This document shows positions 24,523-32,000 of a stretch of 32,000 bases of DNA, piece by piece. The DNA lies in contig NZ_CP074694.1 in the NCBI RefSeq assembly GCF_018398935.1, forward strand, positions 30,001 to 62,000, read 5' to 3'. Made by a program: the position numbers and the translations under genes. The notes beneath the pieces are model-generated. The model did no database searches. It was not told the origin of the DNA and was given only the letters and a program-made list of their open reading frames with translations. The first letter of the stretch is position 1. Each line of letters begins with the position of its first letter. This DNA comes from Telmatocola sphagniphila (lineage in GTDB: Bacteria > Planctomycetota > Planctomycetia > Gemmatales > Gemmataceae).

Positions 24523-26049
24523 TCAATTTTTCTTTTTGGGAGCGGGCTTCTCTCCCGGCTGCTCGTAAGCGAACTGGTCATCGTCCTTCAATTCCTTTTT
24601 CAGCCGATACAACTCGGTTTTCAATTTCTCAAACAACGCCGAATGCATGGGATCGCCCGCCAGGTTTTTCAGTTCGTTGGGATCTTTCACGAGATCGTAC
24701 ATTTCCCACTGATCGATCTTCCAAAAGTAAATCAGCTTGTGGGTTTCGGTTCGCACGCCGTAGTGCGCGCGGGTATTGTGATCTCCCGGATCGTGATAGT
24801 AACGGTAGTACATGCTAGTTCGCCAGTTCTTGGGCGAATCGCCGTTCAAAACCGGCAACAGCGAGATTCCCTGCATATCTTCAGGTACGGGTAGCCGTGC
24901 GATGTTCATAAAGGTGGGGGCGAAATCGGCATTGATAGCCATTTTTGAAGTCGAGATATTGGCTTTGGCGATACCGGGAGCTTTGATGATAAAGGGCATC
25001 TGCAGCGATTGCTCGTACATGAAACGCTTGTCATACATGCCATGATCGCCCAGGAAGAAACCCTGATCGCTGGTGTAGATTATCACCGTATTCTTCTCGA
25101 GATTGTTCGCCTTCAAGTAATCCAGAATCCGGCCGACGTTGTCATCGATGCTTTGAACGCACGCCAGATAGTCTTTCATGTAGCGCTGGTATTTCCATTT
25201 GTTGAGTTCATCCCCTTTGAGAGTTTTTTTCGCGCCGTCGACTTCGATTTCGACTTCCGTCGGTTTCACATTCAGCCATTGATTTCGGGCGGGGCCGGTT
25301 AGATCGGCCGGGGGGACCAGCTTTAAATCGCGCCGCGTGAGATCGTCGAAAACACGCTGCCGATTTTCCTTGATGGCGCTGCCGCGGGTGGCGTAGTCGT
25401 CGTAAAGGGTTGCCGGTTCGGGAATCGATTTATTGGCAAACATCTGCCGGTGCTTTTCATCGGGAATCCACTCGCGATGCGGGGCTTTGTGATGGCACAT
25501 CAGAAAGAAGGGTTTATCCTTCGGCCGATTTTTGAGAAAGTCGAGCGACAAATCGGTAATAACATCCGTCACATAGCCCTTGTAGTTGTGCTTGCCGGTG
25601 GCATCGATGAGATCGGGGTTGTTGTAAACCCCTTGGCCGGGCAGGATGTTCCAGTAGTCGAAACCGGTCGGATCGCTGCCCAGATGCCACTTGCCGATCA
25701 TCCCGGTGTAATAGCCCGATCCCTGCAAATATTTGGCCACCGTCGGCTGCGAGCCATCGAAGCGATTGAAAACCGGCACCCCATTGAGATGGCTGTACTT
25801 TCCCGTCAGAATGCAGGCCCGGCTGGGAGTACAGATCGAATTGGTGACGAAGCAGCGATCGAAGCGGACCCCTTCAGCCGCGATCCGGTCGATGTTCGGC
25901 GTCTGATTGATTTTGCTCCCGTATGCACTGATGGCGTGGGCGGCATGATCATCCGACATGATGAAGAGAATATTGGTTCGCGGTGGTTGTTCCTTCGCTT
26001 CAATCGGGAAGCTCAAGAACAGCAAAAATAGGACGGCTAATACTCGCAT
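24523..26049 (-). CDS. Secreted formylglycine-dependent sulfatase
   Basis: ORF 24523..26244, with the probable start at ATG 26049 (MRVLAVLFLLFLSFPIEA, a signal peptide). It has NILFIMSDDHAAHAISAYG and the sulfatase signature CTPSRACILTGKY. The longer listed N-terminus would overlap the upstream gene. Confidence 0.9.
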   Translation of the reverse strand: MRVLAVLFLLFLSFPIEAKEQPPRTNILFIMSDDHAAHAISAYGSKINQTPNIDRIAAEGVRFDRCFVTNSICTPSRACILTGKYSHLNGVPVFNRFDGSQPTVAKYLQGSGYYTGMIGKWHLGSDPTGFDYWNILPGQGVYNNPDLIDATGKHNYKGYVTDVITDLSLDFLKNRPKDKPFFLMCHHKAPHREWIPDEKHRQMFANKSIPEPATLYDDYATRGSAIKENRQRVFDDLTRRDLKLVPPADLTGPARNQWLNVKPTEVEIEVDGAKKTLKGDELNKWKYQRYMKDYLACVQSIDDNVGRILDYLKANNLEKNTVIIYTSDQGFFLGDHGMYDKRFMYEQSLQMPFIIKAPGIAKANISTSKMAINADFAPTFMNIARLPVPEDMQGISLLPVLNGDSPKNWRTSMYYRYYHDPGDHNTRAHYGVRTETHKLIYFWKIDQWEMYDLVKDPNELKNLAGDPMHSALFEKLKTELYRLKKELKDDDQFAYEQPGEKPAPKKKN

Positions 26050-26117
26050 CGGCAAGACTCGGGGAGTGACTGTCAGGGCGATGAATTGTAACAGTTCGAG
26101 GCGGGCTCTGAAATAAA

Positions 26118-27020
26118 TTACTTCAGCAATTGAATGTACGCCTGCCGGACGTCTTCCAGCGTGCCGACCAGCACGAACATCGAGAAAGAATAGTCGCCGG
26201 GCGGGAGTCCTTTTTCCGTGTGCTGGCGGTAGACGCAATTCCACTTTGTCACTTTTTCAGCCGGAAAGTAAAACCGGCCGTAGCTCGGTTTGCCGAAGCC
26301 TTTGGCCGACTGATCGGTGCCGAGAATGCCCATCGCAAACTTACCATCCGCAGAGGCCAAGGTTACCGGCAGAGTTTGTTCCCCCATCTCTCGACTCAGC
26401 GTTTCAAACTTATTCGATGCCGGATTGAACTTCCAGAATTGATCGAACTTGATCGGCATATAGCCGGTCAGCGCCTCGAACTGGCTGATGGCCGGTTGCT
26501 CCCCGATGGGTGTGGAGAAGGTCACCTGATAGGGAATGATGTGCGAATTGCCGCGATAGCCGAGTTGAACCCGCTTGGTGAGTATGTGATCCGAAAGTTT
26601 GGTCTTATTTAGGGCGGGATGCCCTTCGGATTTCTCTTCCGGAGTAAGCCAGAATGCCATACGAGTGATAGTCTGCAACTCGTTGCCAGACTTTTTAAGG
26701 AAGAGCAGTCGACTGGTGGATGTCGGCCCGTCACTATCTTTTCGACTGCCCGCCTCGGTGGGGTTGTAACTCTCCGCCCAGTGCGGGATCTTACCATCGC
26801 CGAAGCTGCTGGCCGATTGAAGTTGCCGTCCATGATCGGTGGAATCGATGAATTCCTGACCGTTCCACTTCAACGAGTGAATCGCCCCGGCCAGGCGATT
26901 GGTCGTGGTGATGACGATTTCCGAGGAGCCAGCTGGGGCCTTGATAATTGCATTCCCCTCCACGGTCTGCGACAGGCCGAGGGAGGGAATGCAAAGAAAT
27001 AGAAATAACGTTCGCAACAT
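26118..27020 (-). CDS. Secreted hypothetical protein of unknown family
   Basis: A 300-aa ORF with a signal peptide (MLRTLFLFLCIPSLGLSQ) and ordinary composition with likely beta-rich content. I recognise no motif. It is co-directional with the sulfatase and DUF1501 genes, with gaps of 68 and 14 nt. Confidence 0.75.
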   Translation of the reverse strand: MLRTLFLFLCIPSLGLSQTVEGNAIIKAPAGSSEIVITTTNRLAGAIHSLKWNGQEFIDSTDHGRQLQSASSFGDGKIPHWAESYNPTEAGSRKDSDGPTSTSRLLFLKKSGNELQTITRMAFWLTPEEKSEGHPALNKTKLSDHILTKRVQLGYRGNSHIIPYQVTFSTPIGEQPAISQFEALTGYMPIKFDQFWKFNPASNKFETLSREMGEQTLPVTLASADGKFAMGILGTDQSAKGFGKPSYGRFYFPAEKVTKWNCVYRQHTEKGLPPGDYSFSMFVLVGTLEDVRQAYIQLLK

Positions 27021-27034
27021 GGATTGTGCAAAGC

Positions 27035-28480
27035 TTAGGAGATCAGTTCTTTAATCGGCTCGGCGCCTTCCACGCCGATCAGCTTCTGATCCAGCCCGGC
27101 GTAGAAGTAAGTGAGTCGTTCCGGATCGAGTCCCATCAACTGCAGGACTGTGGAATGCAGATGCTTCACGTGGAATTTGCGATCGACCGCTCGACTGCCG
27201 ATTTCGTCGGTGGTACCGATGCTTTGACCGCCTTTGACACCACCACCAGCCATCCACATGGTGAAGCCGTAAGCGTTGTGATCGCGGCCGGATCCCTTGG
27301 CGTACTCCGCAGTGGGCTGACGGCCGAATTCACCACCCCAGACGATCAAAGTCGATTCGAGCAATCCGCGCTGCTTGAGATCGGTCAGTAGCCCGGCGAT
27401 CGGGAGATCGGTTTCCCCGGCGTGCATGTTATGGTTAAATTCGAGATCGCCGTGGGCATCCCAGTTTTCGTCATTGTGGCCACCGCCCGAGTAGATCTGC
27501 ACGAATCGAACGCCCCGTTCGACCAGACGGCGAGCCAGCAAGCACTGCTTACCGAAGTAGGCCGTTTTCTTGTTGTTCATGCCGTAAAGTTCTTTGGTCT
27601 TTTCCGTTTCCTTGGAAATGTCGACGGCCTCGGGAGCGGACGTCTGCATTTTGAAAGCCAGCTCGTAACTGGCGACTCGAGCTGTCAGAGCGTTGTTCTG
27701 GGCCTTGTTGTGATCGTCGTTGTATTCGCGAAGCGTATCGAGCAAGCGGCGCTGGCTCGCCTCGCTAATGTTCGCCGGGCGGGACAGATCGAGGATCGGG
27801 GCTCCTTCGCTGCGAAACATGGTTCCTTCGTAATAAGCCGGCATGTAACCGCTCGACCAGTTCTTAGCGCCGCTGATCGGGCCGCCCCGGGGATCGAGCA
27901 TTACCACATAACCGGGCAGGTTTTCATTCACGGTACCGAGGCCGTAATTCAGCCAGGATCCGAGGGAGGGACTTCCGGAAAGAATCTTCCCGGTATTCAT
28001 CTGGATCATGGCCGAGCCGTGGATCGGCGAGTCGGCGGTCATCGAATGAATGAAACCGATGTCATCGACATGCTTGGCCAGATTGGGAAACAGGTCGCTG
28101 ACGTATTTGCCGCACTTTCCATATTGCTTGAACTTCCAGCGCGGTTCGACGACCCGGCCCTGGTTCTTGTGCCCGCCGCGCCCGAAGGTTTGGACGTCGA
28201 TGGTCTTGCCGTCCATGCCGACCATCTTGGGCTTGTAGTCGAAGGTGTCGATATGGCTGGGGCCGCCGTACATATAGAGGAAAATGACGCTCTTGGCTTT
28301 GGTGGGAAGGTGCCCCTTTTTCTCGGCGAGCGGATTCTTATAGGGCGTTTTGCCATCGGCCGCGACGGTCTGCGAGGCGAAGAAGTCGTTCCCCAGCAAA
28401 CCGGCCAGGGCACATCCCGTGAAGCCCGCGCCGCTTTCCCAGATGAATTCCCGTCTGGTCTGACCGCAAAAATTTTTCAT
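27035..28480 (-). CDS. DUF1501 domain protein (sulfatase-fold, Tat-signal type)
   Basis: MKNFCGQTRREFIWESGAGFTGCALAGLL (Tat-like), SVIFLYMYGGPSHIDTFDYKP and GRDHNAYGFTMWMAGGGVKGG are typical DUF1501 blocks. The listed + ORF 27422..28522 is its antisense shadow. Confidence 0.9.
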   Translation of the reverse strand: MKNFCGQTRREFIWESGAGFTGCALAGLLGNDFFASQTVAADGKTPYKNPLAEKKGHLPTKAKSVIFLYMYGGPSHIDTFDYKPKMVGMDGKTIDVQTFGRGGHKNQGRVVEPRWKFKQYGKCGKYVSDLFPNLAKHVDDIGFIHSMTADSPIHGSAMIQMNTGKILSGSPSLGSWLNYGLGTVNENLPGYVVMLDPRGGPISGAKNWSSGYMPAYYEGTMFRSEGAPILDLSRPANISEASQRRLLDTLREYNDDHNKAQNNALTARVASYELAFKMQTSAPEAVDISKETEKTKELYGMNNKKTAYFGKQCLLARRLVERGVRFVQIYSGGGHNDENWDAHGDLEFNHNMHAGETDLPIAGLLTDLKQRGLLESTLIVWGGEFGRQPTAEYAKGSGRDHNAYGFTMWMAGGGVKGGQSIGTTDEIGSRAVDRKFHVKHLHSTVLQLMGLDPERLTYFYAGLDQKLIGVEGAEPIKELIS

Positions 28481-28518
28481 AACTCTATTCTCCCTGATCG
28501 ACGCATCGTCGATTCGTA

Positions 28519-31062
28519 TTAGTCGAGGAAAACGACTTCGTTGAGATTCAGAACCACCAGACAGAATCGTCGAAACGCTTCGTCGTAACTCAGTTTGTCT
28601 TCTTTTTGCAAAGTCTCGATCAATTTCACCCCGCGGGCAATTTCCTTTTCGGTCGGCGTCCGCAAGAGGGCGTGCTGAAGGGCCTGTTTGACATTTTTCG
28701 GGGCATCATCACCCGACTCCTTACGGATCTTTTTGGCCAGCTTGTTCGCTTCTTCGTTAATGAAGTCGCTATTGAGCATGCCCAGAGCCTGGGAGGGCTG
28801 GGTCGTGGTGAAACGCACCGGGCAGGGGGAATCGGGATCGGGTGAATCGAATACATTCAATAGAGGAACCGCCAGCGAGCGTTTGATGTAGACGAAAACG
28901 CTACGGCTCGCCCCATCCTTCTCGTTGCTCTTGCCCCAACCGCTCCCGGGAACCGATTGGCCCTGGAAAACTTCCTTTTGCACTGGCGGATAAATGCTCG
29001 GTCCCTGGGTCTTCTCCAGATTCAGATTGCCGCAGATGGCCAGCAGCGTATCGCGAATTTCCTCGGCCGAGAGACGCCGCATATCGAAGTGCGAGAGCAG
29101 ATCGTTTTCGGGATCGACCCGATCCATGTCGGCGGCGGGGGTGCTCGACATCTTGAAAGCGTTCGATGTCACGATTTCGCGTAACACCGGCTTCAGATGC
29201 CAGTTGTTTTTGACCAGTTCCCCAGCCAGCCAGTCGAGCAGTTCGGGATGCGTTGGCGGCGTACCCTGATAGCCGAAGTTGCTGGCGGATCGAACTATGC
29301 CCCGTCCGAAGGAATATTGGAAGAGCCGATTCGCCATCACGCGGGCGGTTAACGGATTCTTCGGGTCGGCAATCCAGCTGGCCAGGACTTTTCGTCGGCC
29401 GGTCGTCTTGGCATCCTTGGGAACTTCGGGGAAATTCGGTTTGGCATCCGTCAAAACTGAGGGAAAACCAGGTTCTACCTTGGCACCTTTAGCGGCCGGC
29501 ATGCCGCGGATCAGAATGAAGGTATCGCGCGGGGTGCGACCTTGCTCGATCACGGCCATCACCGGTTCCCCGCCTTCAGGCGGGTTCTTGAGCAGTTCTG
29601 CCCGCTCTTTCAGGAACTTCTCGTAGCGTTCGGATTCTTCCTGGGTGACGTACTTTCCAATGTACTTGGCCACAATGTGAGCCCGGTTAGCTTCGTATTT
29701 GAAATCGTCTTTTTCACCCGCAACCAGCTGGGAACCGACTTTGGTTTCCAGAGCTTCGATCTCGTTCTTCAATTCCAGAAGCTTCTGTTCGTAAGCCATC
29801 TGGTCGAGTTTTTTCTTCTTGGGATTTTTCGGATCGTTGCGCGGCGGTGCCGGTGGCGGCTCTACCTTCCCATTCACGAAATGACGTATCCCTTCGGGGC
29901 CGTTGCCATAGCCGTTGACGCCGTGGAAGAACGCCAGGAAACTGTAATAGTCTTTTTGGGGCATGGGATCGATCTTGTGATCGTGACAACGGCAACATCC
30001 CAGGGTTAACCCGAGGAAAGTTTGCCCGGTGACGGAGACCATATCGTCCAGTTGTTCGTAGTAGGACAGTTCGCGGTCGGCCGGTTCATCGTCCCAGAGA
30101 CCCAATCGTAAAAAGCCCGTCGCTACCAGGGAATCCCGAGTTACTTGCGGAAGTTCGTCCCCTGCGAGCTGTTCGCGAATGAACTGATCATACGGTTTGT
30201 CTTCGTTGAAGGACTTGATGAGGTAATCGCGGTACTTCCAAGCGTAGGCTTTCGCGCCATCCCGCTCGAAGGAGTTCGTCTCGGCATAGCGTGCCAGGTC
30301 CATCCAGTGCCGGGCCCAGTTCTCGCCGTAGTGCCGGGAGGCCAGCAGGCGATCAACTATTTTCTCGTAGGCATCGGGCGCAGTGTCTTTGACGAAATTT
30401 TCGACATCGCTCTGGCTCGGCGGCAGACCAGTCAGTGCGTAATAGATGCGTTTGATGAGAGTGATTTTGTCGGCGGATTTAGCAGGTGCGTATCCTTTAC
30501 TTTCGAGCTTGGACAGGATGAAAGCATCAATGGGGTTGGCGACCCAGGCACCGTTTTTGACCTTGGGAACTTCGATCTTTTCGACGGCCTTGAAGGACCA
30601 GAACGCTTTGGCCTTGGCATCGACTACCGGCGGGCCGTGAGCCGTGCCCGAAGCAATGCCTTTCTTATCGCTGAAAGGCACCTTCATTTTGACCCAGGCA
30701 GCCAGAGTGTCGATCTGTTTCTGACTCAGCTTGCCCTTCGGGGGCATTTTCGTTTCGCCTTCGTACTTCACTACTTCCAAAAGTAAACTGGTATCCGGCT
30801 TCTGCTCGTTGAATGCCGAGCCGTTGTCACCCCCTTTGAGAAGATCTTCCCGGGTGGTGAGATTCAGACCCCCTTTGATCTTCTTTTCGCCGCCATGGCA
30901 GGAGTAACAGTTCGATTGCAGGATCGGCAGAACTTCTTTTTCGAAAAATTGCTTCGGTTCGGGCTGGGTATCGGCGGCCTGCACGGGGCGGTAGGTCCAA
31001 CCGAGCCAACTGAACGAACTGATCGCGCCCGCGAGCAGCAAAAAGTGCTTGAGTTTTCGCAT
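28519..31062 (-). CDS. PSCyt / DUF1549 / DUF1553 domain protein (planctomycete cytochrome-c-like family)
   Basis: ORF 28519..31149, with the probable start at ATG 31062 (MRKLKHFLLLAGAISSF). It has a CYSCHGGEKKIKGGLNL heme-binding-like motif, a DUF1549-like block (NPIDAFILSKLESKGYAPAKSADKITLIKRIYYALTGLPPS) and a DUF1553-like C-terminal half (CCRCHDHKIDP...). Confidence 0.9.
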   Translation of the reverse strand: MRKLKHFLLLAGAISSFSWLGWTYRPVQAADTQPEPKQFFEKEVLPILQSNCYSCHGGEKKIKGGLNLTTREDLLKGGDNGSAFNEQKPDTSLLLEVVKYEGETKMPPKGKLSQKQIDTLAAWVKMKVPFSDKKGIASGTAHGPPVVDAKAKAFWSFKAVEKIEVPKVKNGAWVANPIDAFILSKLESKGYAPAKSADKITLIKRIYYALTGLPPSQSDVENFVKDTAPDAYEKIVDRLLASRHYGENWARHWMDLARYAETNSFERDGAKAYAWKYRDYLIKSFNEDKPYDQFIREQLAGDELPQVTRDSLVATGFLRLGLWDDEPADRELSYYEQLDDMVSVTGQTFLGLTLGCCRCHDHKIDPMPQKDYYSFLAFFHGVNGYGNGPEGIRHFVNGKVEPPPAPPRNDPKNPKKKKLDQMAYEQKLLELKNEIEALETKVGSQLVAGEKDDFKYEANRAHIVAKYIGKYVTQEESERYEKFLKERAELLKNPPEGGEPVMAVIEQGRTPRDTFILIRGMPAAKGAKVEPGFPSVLTDAKPNFPEVPKDAKTTGRRKVLASWIADPKNPLTARVMANRLFQYSFGRGIVRSASNFGYQGTPPTHPELLDWLAGELVKNNWHLKPVLREIVTSNAFKMSSTPAADMDRVDPENDLLSHFDMRRLSAEEIRDTLLAICGNLNLEKTQGPSIYPPVQKEVFQGQSVPGSGWGKSNEKDGASRSVFVYIKRSLAVPLLNVFDSPDPDSPCPVRFTTTQPSQALGMLNSDFINEEANKLAKKIRKESGDDAPKNVKQALQHALLRTPTEKEIARGVKLIETLQKEDKLSYDEAFRRFCLVVLNLNEVVFLD

Positions 31063-31227
31063 GATAAACCACATAAAAAGACGGGTCTGTGAAGCCAACC
31101 CGGTCGGTGGGAATAACATTAGCTTATCCCGTCGTAACGAGTTAAGCAATCGGTCGGTGCAAATTCCATAATCTATCTGATAGCGACACCGCCTATATAA
31201 ATGATAATTCAGTATTTTTCGTAATCA

Positions 31228-32000
31228 ATGCCGCAAATCGACAAGCAGATATCGGAAACCGACCTCCGCAATAAATCGAGCACATATTGGTCGATCCGCG
31301 CGGATGCCACCGACGACCGGGAATGGCTGGCCAACGCGCCCATTTGCGAAGCGCTCAGTCACTACCATATTTCGCATCTGGGATACGCAATTGCCCGGCC
31401 GCCGTTTCGCATCGTTCGGGCGCACCTGCAGGGAAGCTACTTTTTGACCAGTTATACCTCCAATGGCCGGGTGCTGGTGGATGGCCGTTTTAAACCGGTG
31501 AAGTCGGGTCAGGCGTTTCTATTGCCGCCGGGTACGATGCACGCTTTTCATTCGGTGAAAAGCGGCTCGGCCGATGGCAATTGGGCATTCTCCTGGGTCC
31601 GTTACCGCGAAGTGCCGGGTCAGACGCCGATTGCCGCAGCCAATTCCCCGATTCTGGCCGATTTCGATGGGGTGAGCTTTAAGCATGCGATCCTGGGCTT
31701 GCACCACGATTGTCAGGAGAACACGCACCCGGCCAACCAGCGCCGCTGGATTGAAATCATTCACCAGTGCGTTATTGATTTCGCTCAACCGGCGAAGATG
31801 GACGAACGGCTCTGGAAGTTGTTTCAAAAAATCGAAAATTCGCTCGCGGCGGAATGGTCCTGCCCGGCCATGGCTGAGGAGTGTCATATTGGGGAAAAGC
31901 AACTCGAACGTCTTTGCGTCCGCGAGTTGGGTCGGACACCGCGACAGCATTTGATCTGGTTGCGAATGCAGCGGGCCGCGGAATTGCTGACCTCCGGCGA
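31228..32000 (+). CDS. AraC-family transcriptional regulator, 3' end runs off the window
   Basis: This frame is not in the ORF track because it has no stop in the window. Hand translation from the ATG at 31228 gives MPQIDKQISETDL...GQAFLLPPGTMHAFHS (a cupin-type sensor part), then WSCPAMAEECHIGEKQLERLCVRELGRTPRQHLIWLRMQRAAELL (an AraC HTH). The minus ORF 31519..31950 is its shadow. Confidence 0.8.
   Translation, partial: MPQIDKQISETDLRNKSSTYWSIRADATDDREWLANAPICEALSHYHISHLGYAIARPPFRIVRAHLQGSYFLTSYTSNGRVLVDGRFKPVKSGQAFLLPPGTMHAFHSVKSGSADGNWAFSWVRYREVPGQTPIAAANSPILADFDGVSFKHAILGLHHDCQENTHPANQRRWIEIIHQCVIDFAQPAKMDERLWKLFQKIENSLAAEWSCPAMAEECHIGEKQLERLCVRELGRTPRQHLIWLRMQRAAELLTSG

Noticed and set aside
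27422-28522. A 366-aa plus-strand ORF opposite the DUF1501 gene; similar long shadows at 25450..26031, 26130..26612, 30145..30786, 24016..24447 and 31519..31950
   Set aside because: Each lies antisense to a gene with clear family motifs and has no motifs of its own.

Overview
This window looks like a Planctomycetota-type chromosome segment. The evidence is a PSCyt/DUF1549/DUF1553 and DUF1501 gene pair, a sulfatase, and an efflux cluster. That taxonomic call is an inference from gene content only. No rRNA, tRNA or CRISPR array was seen.

Left flank (1-5830): a minus-strand efflux cluster with a TolC-like lipoprotein, an extra beta-barrel protein and a periplasmic adaptor that runs off the window. 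A divergent response regulator sits behind a textbook sigma-54 promoter.

Middle (about 5.83-17.28 kb): a mosaic accessory region. It holds a start-less Hint-HNH toxin cassette with a tightly coupled immunity-like gene, and a small CHC2 zinc-finger gene. It also holds three direct copies of a defective 677-bp TGT...ACA element that keeps only the C-terminal part of an rve-type transposase. Between those copies is a low-GC segment encoding secreted TPR-like and WD40 repeat proteins, with the WD40 gene split by an IS1380-family element. An IS630-family element with an A_AAA_AAG -1 frameshift site closes the region.

Right flank: a cupin gene and a bestrophin-like channel gene split by an IS66-family element whose own transposase is frameshifted. 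These are followed by an ABC-2-like permease, a cytidylate-kinase-like protein, a purine nucleoside phosphorylase, a YahK-like alcohol dehydrogenase and a DUF6428-like protein. The window ends with a minus-strand sulfatase / unknown secreted protein / DUF1501 / DUF1553 cluster and a divergent AraC-type regulator.

I did not find a clean multi-gene system that is obviously new. The most unusual signals are:
- the orphan toxin cassette;
- the defective repeat element with a structured 171-bp non-coding end module;
- flank pairings suggesting the low-GC segment is circularly permuted, consistent with looping out and reintegration through the repeats.

All homology statements come from reading the translations by eye. 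No database search was run.
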